This document shows positions 1 through 9,372 of a stretch of DNA of 64,000 nucleotides, in pieces. The notes beneath the pieces were generated by a model, which saw only the letters and a list, made by a program, of their open reading frames with translations, searched no databases and was not told where the DNA came from. Location: positions 70,295 to 134,294 of the IMG/VR virus record IMGVR_UViG_3300021387_000199, one strand, 5' to 3'. The stretch's first letter is position 1; each line of letters begins with the position of its first letter. The position numbers were made by a program, and so were the translations under genes. Origin of the DNA: a virus (Duplodnaviria > Caudoviricetes).

Positions 1-48
1 CCAGTACGGATTTGTAGGCTGGCACAAGAGAGTGAAGGAGGGAATCAT

Positions 49-345
49 ATGACGACGAAAGAGAAACTGATCTACGTAGATATCTACGCCGATTCCACCG
101 GTCAGTACTCAGAGGGCGACGTTAATTATTGCAACTGTGTTTCTGTTCAGGTTCCGGAAGAGATCGTCCGCCAGTGGTTCGAAGAGGAGTGCCGGGACTT
201 CTACGACTACTCCATAACATTCGAGGAATGGCTGCGGGATTATTACACCTGTGACGACACAGACGGTCTGTATCAGTTCTCAGTGGAACACGGTTACTGC
301 CCGGTCTGCGGTCGCAAGTGTGATGGCTGGATTTGGTACGAGTAA
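49..345 (+). CDS. hypothetical acidic phage protein with C-terminal CxxC
   Basis: RBS AAGGAGG, intact ORF ending TAA. Confidence 0.7.
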   Translation: MTTKEKLIYVDIYADSTGQYSEGDVNYCNCVSVQVPEEIVRQWFEEECRDFYDYSITFEEWLRDYYTCDDTDGLYQFSVEHGYCPVCGRKCDGWIWYE

Positions 346-361
346 GGGAGGAGAAATCGTC

Positions 362-550
362 ATGGCGAGATATTACGTAACGATCAAAGTAGACGGTAGG
401 TATGTCGCGGAGGTTAAAGCCGATTCGATTAAGGAAGCAAAGGAACTCGGTATGGATGAGTTTAGGGTTGCGAATCTCAACGAAACAGAAATTGTAGACT
501 GTGAGGCGATCATTGTCGAAGACGAGAAAGATATTGTGTGGGAAGCGTAA
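362..550 (+). CDS. small DpnD/PcfM-like phage protein
   Basis: RBS GGAGG; MARYYVTIKVDGRYVAEVKADSIKEA resembles this family. Confidence 0.5.
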   Translation: MARYYVTIKVDGRYVAEVKADSIKEAKELGMDEFRVANLNETEIVDCEAIIVEDEKDIVWEA

Positions 551-571
551 GAAGAGAAAGGAGAAATCGTC

Positions 572-892
572 ATGACTAACGTACAGTACAAGATTTATCA
601 GCTCAGAAGTATCCGCAATACCGACTACGCATTCTGCGGTTGGAATGAAGCAAAAGACCACGGTTTTGATATCAGCGATTACAGAGAAGTTTATTCCGGC
701 GAGATCCCGCAGAAGAACTGCCTTGACGAACTGTTCAGGATCTTCAATCTGGAACACCCGGCTGACTTCACTGGGCATTCTCTTTCAGTATCAGATGTGG
801 TTGCTATTAAGGAAGAAGGGAACGATTACTGGTACTGGTTTTACTGCGATAGCTTCGGCTGGGAAGAGATCACGGAGAAGGTAAGCGGATAA
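572..892 (+). CDS. YodL-like domain protein
   Basis: YKIYQL...VYSG...LFRIFNLEHPADFTGHSLSVSDVV signature. Confidence 0.85.
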   Translation: MTNVQYKIYQLRSIRNTDYAFCGWNEAKDHGFDISDYREVYSGEIPQKNCLDELFRIFNLEHPADFTGHSLSVSDVVAIKEEGNDYWYWFYCDSFGWEEITEKVSG

Positions 893-904
893 GGAGGGGA
901 TAAC

Positions 905-3900
905 ATGGATAAAAACAAACTGCGTGTAAAAGTAGAGGCAATAGCGGAAGCATTTGAAAACTATTGTGACACACTTGATGCGATAGAATATGAGTTGTTC
1001 TATGACGCACTTAATGATGTACTCGCACTTTGTGATGAAAATGATGTTTCGGCAATTTGCAACGGCAACAAATAAAACGGTTATTTAATGCAGATCTTGT
1101 AGATTAATATAATGATAAGGAAAGGAATTAGTCATGGCAAAGTGGGTAAAAACTTGCAAGGAATTTTCAGATGTAAGGGAACTTATTAAAAAAGTTGACA
1201 GCGTGGGCATTATGAAATCCCTTCTGAATATATGCCGGAAATATTCAAGGGATAAAGAATTTGATTTTGCATATGATTTTGAAACTTTGGGTGACGAAAT
1301 TGAAGATGAGCTGTTAGATGAAGACAATGTAAGGGAAAACGAAGATGTTGCAGATTATTACCTTGGTGAATTCTATGATCTTTGTGATGCTGCAAGGATT
1401 TGGCTGGCAATGTAAATGGATTGGATGCAATAAAAGATAAGTTTGAAGGGAGATGATTGTATGAAAAATAAGATTAGTATTAATGCAGTCGCTTTACTGA
1501 CAGAGCAGATGAAAACTGATAATGCAGACAAAACATTGCAGTGGTTCAAGCGGAATAGAAATGATTTTAACGCAGATGATCTTGCGAATATAGTAGAAGA
1601 GTTTCTGAGAGGGATTCAAGAGGATGGTGTTATACAGCTACTAGAGGATGTTGGTTGTGAACTAGATGAAACATATGATGATTTATACCAGCTTTTATGA
1701 AGGGAGAAAAACTATGACAATTTACTTAGTTTGGTGTGGCAATGATGAAATGGAAGATATGCTTGTTGGAGTTGCGGATACAAGAGAACAGGCAGAAAGA
1801 ATGAAAGAAAAACTGGAAAGTGTATTTGAGGATACATATGAGTATCATATTCAGCCTTGGGTAAAGAACCAGGTAACTATTAACGAAGTACAGTATAGGT
1901 ACTAATAAAACTCGCCTTTAATGAAGGGAAGTGACGACATGATCAAATGGAAACGGATAGAAGCTGGTGAATATGAAAGCGAAGATGGCAGATTTTATAT
2001 CATAAAAACATGGAACAGGATTTATGGTGATCATTGGCGACTGTTTGATAGAAATGATGATGATTATTATAAAGGTTTATATCAAGAAAAAACATTGTTT
2101 GAATGTAAGTTAAAAGCTGAAGCAATAAATTAACTATATGAATGGAAATGATGACATGCCAAAAGAAATTGAATTAAGAACAAACTTAGACTGGGCTGGA
2201 GAGTTCCAGACAATGGCAGAAAGAATGAGACTTTGTAAATCCGAAGAACAGATGTACAGGCAGCTCCAGAGATTCAAAGAAGAATTCAATACCGAGTACG
2301 GAAGACTTAGTAGAACGCAGCGAAGCAGAACTGGGTTTAGATGGAAATGAAAGACACGTTTGATGAAGGGAGGTACACTATGGACGGAATTGAAAAAGTT
2401 AATCAGATCGTCAGATCAATTACGGATATGCTACCGATGATTTATGACAGCTGTGTAACCGATGAATACAAGGCAACTCACTTTCTGACGGATCCTGACA
2501 GAACAGAAATCTTGAGCAGTAACGAAAGTGAAGTTGAAGCGCTGGCCAACCTGTTCGATCAGCTTTATGGCGAAGGTACCTGTAACACTGGGTACTATGA
2601 TCCCGTCGAGGATGAGCGCAACGGAGAGGTTGATGCCTATACGGGATTGTATTACGTGAGTATTGCTTAAGAAAGGAGATAAGGCCATATGAGCTATGTA
2701 CTGAACGTAGGGCAAATCAAGGTAAACAAGCCGATCACTGAAGAGACGAAGGCAATTCTGGATGAGGTATTCGGAAGCGAGATCTGTGAGGTAGGAGGCG
2801 ACTTACTTTTCTTTGATGAGTATTACGACAAGTGGTTCGACGAAACGCTTCAGGCAGCCGTGAACAGAGTGGAGTCTCTCGGATACGTCCTAAACGGAGA
2901 AGTCGCTTTCTACGGTGATTACGGAGACGGCAGGATCGAGATAAGAGACAACAGAATTAGCGTTCTGAGCGTAGAAGAAGCGGCTATAGTCGATGCCTCA
3001 GACGAGACACTGATCGAGGAACTGAAGAAGAGAGGTTACGACGTACTTAAGAAGGGAGATATGAACCTGACAGATCTCTTCTGTAGATTCTTATCCGCTC
3101 AGGAAGATTACCGTGAGCTGTACTACATCTATGAGGATCTGAAAGAGGCCGGCGCTACGAAAGAGGAACTGGAATATGTCGGGTACGAAGATTATATAGA
3201 CGAAGAGGAGGGAAAGGCGTGAACGAGATCAGGAACGATTTCATCTGGGATCTGACGGAAGAAGACTGGAAGAAATATCCTAAAGAAATGCTGAATAACC
3301 TTGAGTCTTACGGCTGTTACAACACAGCCGGCGTCGTAGGAAACTGCTGGATTGGTGAGCTCTGCTTCGACTTCAGGGCTTGGGGTGACGAAACTGGCGC
3401 GGCTCTTGGTTATGAGCTGTACGTTGGTGGGGTAGACAGTGGCTATAACGAAACACCGAACGGATATCCGTACGATCTGATCGAAGAATTCGGCGAGTTC
3501 GATCTGGGGATTCTGGATCTTTCCGTAGACAAGTTCAAAGAGATCGCGGAACCTCTGCTGAAACAGTTTATCCTGAAGGCAAATCACGACTATAAGCCGG
3601 CGGATCTCGTAGAGAAAGCGAACGCTAAGACGATCAAATTCTAAGAGGAGAGAACAATGATTGAATTTAATAACGGCAAGGTAATCTACGGAACCCTGAG
3701 AGAGTGTGTGGATGAGGTGTTTAAGAGAATTGACTTTGAGAAAGCGTTCCCTAAGTTCCCGGACTTCGACTTCGCGGCGATCGTTGAAGAAGGTCTTCAG
3801 CCGGCAGATTTCTCGACTGATCCGACAAATAACGCGGAGTCGTGGTTCGGTTGTAAGGATCTCGGAAGAGTTTATCAGACCGATACGATTTCGCTCTTCA

Positions 3901-5288
3901 TCGGTCATTACACCGGCGGCGGGATCGAGTCTATGGAATTGAGAGGCGAAGACCCTGAAAGGGAAAAGAAAACGTTAATGGTTCGAATGGGCGCTTCAAC
4001 AGACGACATAGGGCTTGGCGTCCTGGATCCGGACGATTACACAATGTTTGAGTTTGTATAAGGAGGTGGTCGTATGAACCTTAGATTAGTGACTTGGGAC
4101 GGGGATCTGACGCAGTTTCTCGTAGAAGCAGACAATAATATAGAAGCGGTAGACAAGGCAATTCAGGCACACTGGGAATACGACAAAGACAACTGGGGTA
4201 AGAGAAACTCCAAGGACGAAGACGACGCGGAGATAATCGCGGCAATCAACGATAGGTCGCTGTACGCGGTCGAAAATGTAGATCTGAGCTTATTAGCCGA
4301 AATCTGTCAGAGGATAGATTGCTGGGGTCGGTTCGGGGAAGCGATCGTGTTCGGTTGAAAGGAGGTAAACATATGTTGCTTGGTGATATGTATGATTTTG
4401 AAGATAGAACAAAAGAAGAGATGATCGAAGACTACGGAATAACGACAGGACTTTCGATCTATTTAGCGATTAAAGCCGTTAATTGTCTTGACGAAGGAAA
4501 TTGGGAGGACGTTGCCGACGCTATTCACGAAGAACTTGTTAACTATATTGACGAGTGAAGGGAGGGATCAATAGTGAAAAAAGACAAATTTGTATACGTC
4601 GACAGCCAGGCGGCGATTTTGCTCGACGGACAGGAAATCGACATTGACCTTGAGTACGATCCTGAAAGGGATCTTTTTTTAGTTGAGGCATCTTGTGAGC
4701 GCTGGATAAGCGACTTCGTAGATTTTAACGATCAGTACTATTCGGACGACCCCTTGAACGAGGAGCTAATCGAGGAAGCGAGAGAGGACTGCGCGAGGAT
4801 TACCGGCTGGTACGAGACTCTGAGAGAAATCAACGAGAAGATCGAACGGATCTGCGAGCAGGGAAGTTACTACGATTTCACTTGGGAATATGAGGATGGA
4901 ACACCGGTGGAATAAGAAAGGAGGTACTGAAACGAAAAACAGATACAGGAAAGCCCGGGCGGACGAAAGGAAATACTTCGCCGTTCAGGCTAAAATCGAG
5001 AAGCTGCTTAATAATAAGGAAGAAACCGCACCGGACGACGTCGATGAGTTCTGCCGACGGAACGGGATTAGACAGAGCAAGGCCGGGGATAGTTTCTACT
5101 TCAGGATCGGCGGGAAGAGCTACCGGATAAGTAACCACACTGAACAGTATAGCAACGTGTGTTCCCGGGATCTGAAGGGAAGAAAGATTAGGAACTGTTA
5201 CCACGGGAAATCAAGCCGGACAACCACTATCCTGGCTCAGAGATCGGAAGTGAAACGGATATATGAGAAGCTGAGGCTAATGGCTTAA
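905..5288 (+). other. array of about 15 short, mostly acidic hypothetical genes (e.g. 905-1075, 1134-1415, 1921-2133, 2689-3222, 3219-3644, 3657-4061, 4074-4358, 4574-4915)
   Basis: closely packed ORFs, mostly with strong RBS and TAA/TGA stops; no recognisable motifs. Confidence 0.7.
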
Positions 5289-5399
5289 CCGGAAGGCAGA
5301 TTAAGAAACAAATAGTAACACTGATCTATGACAGAGGTAAGAATTGTATAAAAACTCCCCGTGACACTAGTAATCACGGGGTTACCAGAGACCTAACGA

Positions 5400-5564
5400 T
5401 TAATCTCGGATATAATTAAGGACGTCACTTAATACAGAGCCGAAATCGTTAAGCATCCGCTTTGACTACGGGATTTTGATGAGGCGTTTTACCCGTTCGG
5501 CTAACTGATGGATCAGCTATCCAATCAAAGCGGAGACGATTGCTTGAAAGAAAAGATCCTTCAT
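5400..5564 (-). CDS. 54-aa amphipathic peptide, type I toxin-like, with 2 in-frame TAG
   Basis: RBS AAGGAGGTGG; MKDLFFQAIVSALIG*LIHQLAERVKRLIKIP*SKRML... ends TAA; own promoter and downstream hairpin. Confidence 0.55.
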
Positions 5565-5650
5565 GACAACCACCTCCTTCCTCTGTGTTAGATGGTGCTA
5601 AGTAAGAGATCACCCATCACTGTCCATCATTGTGGTGGGTGATTACCCGG

Positions 5651-5679
5651 ATTATATACCTGAAAGAAAAGATACACAA
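5651..5679 (-). promoter_or_regulatory. sigma-A-type promoter for the 5564 peptide
   Basis: TTGTGT-N17-TATAAT on the - strand. Confidence 0.65.
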
Positions 5680-5699
5680 GTTATTTCAGGCTGTGCTTC

Positions 5700-5726
5700 A
5701 AAGGGGATCCTTCGGGGTCCCTTTTA
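5700..5726. terminator. intrinsic terminator-like hairpin
   Basis: AAAGGGGATCC-TTCG-GGGTCCCCTTTT. Confidence 0.6.
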
Positions 5727-5820
5727 GATTGGGCCGCAGTATAATGGATAGACGGAGTAAAGTCAAGACTTGTTTGAACGGGGGAATGGAGATAATATTA
5801 TAGAAGGAGGTGTATGTGCT

Positions 5821-6441
5821 ATGAATGATTCCGCAGATAATAAAAACGATAAGAAAGAAGAAAAGAAATATATCGTTACTCGTCCACAAAAAGTGGTTTC
5901 TGAATATGGTTATGATCCGTCGTTGGCAAGGTATCTGCTGTCAAGATTGTTCTTCCCGATTCTTTTATGTCCTTTCTTAATGCTTATTCAAGGCGGGTGG
6001 ATTTTTATTCCGATTATCTTGTTTAGCGTGATCGGAACTGCTGTTTATAAGTATTATGAATTGTATCCGAAATCCCGCCCGGCAACGGAATCAGAGATCA
6101 GAGTTTATAAGCTTATGAAGATGAGGGAAGCGATTAAAGCTAAAGATCGCTACGACGCACATATTAGTACAGTAGACGAATTTGGTTGGTATAAAGATCG
6201 GGGCGATCGGTACAGCGACAAAACAATAAAGACTATTAATCTTTACGAATTTGATGAGAATGAAATACCAGATTGGTTTTGGAAAGATAAAAAAAGAAAA
6301 GAAACAAAGTTTAGGGAAGAAATTAAAAAAGGCTTTTCTGAAATGGAAGAGGAGTATGGGCCAAACTGGTACGAAATATGTAAGAAGGAGGTAGAAAATA
6401 GTGGTCTCTGGAACGTTAATTAGAAAAGCTTCAAGGTTTAA
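5821..6441 (+). CDS. membrane protein (2 TM); ends at 6423 in code 11, at 6441 if TAG is read
   Basis: RBS AAGGAGG; hydrophobic segment LFFPILLCPFLMLIQGGWIFIPIILFSVIG. Confidence 0.7.
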
Positions 6442-7441
6442 ATTGTCAGAAGAAGATATACGAGAAATTCTTAAAGAAGTTCCTGAAGCAACGGAAAAAG
6501 ATTTTGAAGAGTTCCTTGACGAAATGGAAAAGGAATCCCGTGACAATGAAGGACAGGATGTAATTCAGAAACGGGATGTAGTTATTACGGATTTTACAAA
6601 AGGGGATTCCCTTCCGGCAGAGCCCCCTCAAGAAGGCGATGTTCATATTTATGAAGACAGTTACCGGGCTGTATACCATAATGGAAGATGGGTAAGAGAA
6701 ACACTAATCAAAGAGTTGCAAGAAGCAATGAACGGGACGTTTTGGACTCTGTCTACCGATGGCTACCCACTGGTACTGTATTACAATTGCCAATATACTG
6801 TAGAGATTCCTCTTTATTGTGACACTGTTGACACTTGTTTTTATGAGGTGGTTAGTTTTATAAAGAAATTCGATTATAGAACTGAAGCCTGGAAATATGC
6901 TAGTGTGGATGAGACAGGATTCTTAACATCTGAAAGGCCAATCGATGATCCTAAAGTAGATTTGCGTGAAATCTGGATTCAAGCAATTGAACTGGCTCAG
7001 AACATGAGAAAAATTATTAATAAAAAGAAAGGGGAATCATCGGTTGCGAGCTTCGAAGACCTGCAGGAGGTAAGCCGTTGGACCAATGGGTGGTACGTTT
7101 ATTCTGTTAAAGCGTTTACAGATAGAGTGTTTATTATTGGTTACTCAGAAAATGGGAAAACACTTTTAAATGTGCCTGTTTATGGTGGAAGCGTATACGA
7201 TTGTTGTTATGATATATACAGTTACTTCAAAGATTTTGATATGAATAAAGAAGCGAAAGGGTATAGGGATGATCACGAGGATCGGATTAAAAAGTATGAA
7301 GATTTTTTGGTAGATGATGATTATGAAAAATACTGGAATATAACCGAGAAGCTTTACAAAGAGCTAGAAAAGCTGTGCAACGTATTGCCGCTCATAATTA
7401 CAGAAACATTAGACGATGAAATTTTGAACGAACAAGAATAA
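6401..7441 (+). CDS. hypothetical protein
   Basis: 346-aa ORF, RBS AAGGAGG before GTG. Confidence 0.7.
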   Translation: MVSGTLIRKASRFKLSEEDIREILKEVPEATEKDFEEFLDEMEKESRDNEGQDVIQKRDVVITDFTKGDSLPAEPPQEGDVHIYEDSYRAVYHNGRWVRETLIKELQEAMNGTFWTLSTDGYPLVLYYNCQYTVEIPLYCDTVDTCFYEVVSFIKKFDYRTEAWKYASVDETGFLTSERPIDDPKVDLREIWIQAIELAQNMRKIINKKKGESSVASFEDLQEVSRWTNGWYVYSVKAFTDRVFIIGYSENGKTLLNVPVYGGSVYDCCYDIYSYFKDFDMNKEAKGYRDDHEDRIKKYEDFLVDDDYEKYWNITEKLYKELEKLCNVLPLIITETLDDEILNEQE

Positions 7442-7463
7442 CAATCCGGGAGGGGGTCTGAAT

Positions 7464-7865
7464 ATGGCTAGAAGAAGAAAACTGAGTCCTATTGTTTATG
7501 AAGCGGCAAGAATTTGTCGAGAGGATCATGCAAAGCTGCTAAGAACTCTCGCGAAAGAAGGAAAAACGTTTGAAGGATTCATAAATGAGATTAAGGAACA
7601 GTCTGACAAAACAAGAGTAAAACGTGAAGCAGAAATGGAACAGGTACGGATAAGAAGTGCGGCCCAGGCCAAAAAGATCATCGAGGAAGGCAATTATGAA
7701 AAGGCTATTAGGCTTATGGATGAATTAATAGTTGACGATCTGAATAAGAAGATGCCCACCGATCGTACAGATGAAGAATTCTTAGGAAAATATCTGGAAG
7801 AACATTATACGTGGTATCAAAAGGAATTCGATATCAATAGAAAAAGGAGGTATGTATATGGCTGA
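7464..7865 (+). CDS. hypothetical protein
   Basis: ORF with RBS, overlaps the recombinase start. Confidence 0.65.
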   Translation: MARRRKLSPIVYEAARICREDHAKLLRTLAKEGKTFEGFINEIKEQSDKTRVKREAEMEQVRIRSAAQAKKIIEEGNYEKAIRLMDELIVDDLNKKMPTDRTDEEFLGKYLEEHYTWYQKEFDINRKRRYVYG

Positions 7866-8826
7866 AGTTATCACCGGAAGAGGTGAAGCCCGGGAAGCTG
7901 TTGAAGAGAAGATTCAGAAAATGCTTGAAGGGCAGCCGGATTCTGTAGCCGGATTTTATGATTCGATTTATACATCTTCAAGTTTCAATACTCAGTACCG
8001 TTATGTTGAGTACGTGATCAATTTTCTGAAAGAAACCAAGAAACCACCCGAAGAAATAACGATGGATGATGTAAACAGATATCTCAATCGGTTGGCTCGT
8101 GGCGGAAACGGGAAACCAAAGAGATCCGGCTCGTATCTGGTGGCTATCTATTCAGGACTTAAAAAGTATTTTACGTATATGGTAAAATCCGGGCGCATAG
8201 AGAAGTCCCCAATGGAAAATGTGGAACGTCCTAAGCCAAAGCCGGCAGATCAGGTTGAGAGAACTTTTCTGAGCCCTCAGGAAGTAAATGATTGTCTGAA
8301 GAAAATTAAGGAAGAGGGTGGATATTACGAGAAGCGAAATCTAGCTATGATGATTGTCTATTTTGCCACCGGGATCAGGAACTCGGCGTTGGTCAACATA
8401 AACGTAGATAACGTCAACATTGAAAAGGGTTTTATATATGTAGTGGATAAAGGAGACAAAGCCCGTAAGTGTTATTTGAGTAAGGCAAATATGAAAATCG
8501 TTGAGGAATGGATTAAGGAGAGAGAGACCAGGAATCCAAAATCTCAGGCTTTATTCATTAATAAGAGTGGTGAACGGATCACTAATAGAGGGGCTTTGTA
8601 CGTAGTACAGTCAGTTACAGGAAAGATTGGACACATGATTACCCCTCATAAGGCAAGAGCCAGCTTTTGCACCAACACTTATAATGCCGGGGTGCCGTTG
8701 GATGTTGTATCTAAGCTGATGAATCATGCATCGACGACTGTAACTTCAAGGTGTTACGTTCTTGGACAGGAAGAGAAAGAAAAAAATAGTGTATTAAAGG
8801 CCACAGAATACATTAAGATCTTATAA
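7858..8826 (+). CDS. XerC/D-like tyrosine recombinase
   Basis: SAM-like N-terminus; TGIRNSAL (R), HKAR (HxxR), LMNH, C-terminal Y. Confidence 0.9.
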   Translation: MAEVITGRGEAREAVEEKIQKMLEGQPDSVAGFYDSIYTSSSFNTQYRYVEYVINFLKETKKPPEEITMDDVNRYLNRLARGGNGKPKRSGSYLVAIYSGLKKYFTYMVKSGRIEKSPMENVERPKPKPADQVERTFLSPQEVNDCLKKIKEEGGYYEKRNLAMMIVYFATGIRNSALVNINVDNVNIEKGFIYVVDKGDKARKCYLSKANMKIVEEWIKERETRNPKSQALFINKSGERITNRGALYVVQSVTGKIGHMITPHKARASFCTNTYNAGVPLDVVSKLMNHASTTVTSRCYVLGQEEKEKNSVLKATEYIKIL

Positions 8827-8865
8827 AGACCCGGAACGGAGATAATCCGCCGGGTCTCTTTTTTT
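8827..8865 (+). terminator. rho-independent terminator
   Basis: AGACCCGG...CCGGGTCT stem followed by a T-run. Confidence 0.75.
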
Positions 8866-8949
8866 GTCTTCAACTACCATATGTAGTATGAAAAGAAACC
8901 TCTAATACGCAACATATCCACAGCCAGAATTCACTTTTCCCCAAGTTAT

Positions 8950-9022
8950 GAACATATGTTCGATTTTTCTTGACCTCTGATTTCAGGGTGATATAATCGA
9001 AGGCGTAATCGAACAACAGTTC
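8950..9022 (+). promoter_or_regulatory. SOS-regulated promoter: two LexA (Cheo) boxes flanking a sigma-A promoter
   Basis: GAAC-ATAT-GTTC at 8950-8961 and GAAC-AACA-GTTC at 9011-9022; TTGACC at 8970 and extended TGnTATAAT (TATAAT 8992-8997). Confidence 0.8.
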
Positions 9023-9372
9023 CTCTAACACGAAAGGAGACCGCTACTATTAAGATTAATAACAACTCGCCATAATACACCGACCGTCTATAAGGTCGAC
9101 GTCTACGACACAAACCGCCAAGCCTGTTCCGTAGACGCCGGGACTAAGGGACAATAATGAATTGCTGCCCCTCTGGTCACATCATACCGCAAATCGCGGG
9201 ATTTTTCCAGAGGTTACCTGTAACCAATAATTCTGATCGAACAGGTCAGGGTTTATTTACTCTACCCTTTTCGCTCTCAGGAAGGAGGGACCAGAGCGGG
9301 GAAGGCTTCGGGTTTAATTCGAAACCATTTTTAGAATAACAGCCTATCTACAGATATAGGCGGAAGGATGGT

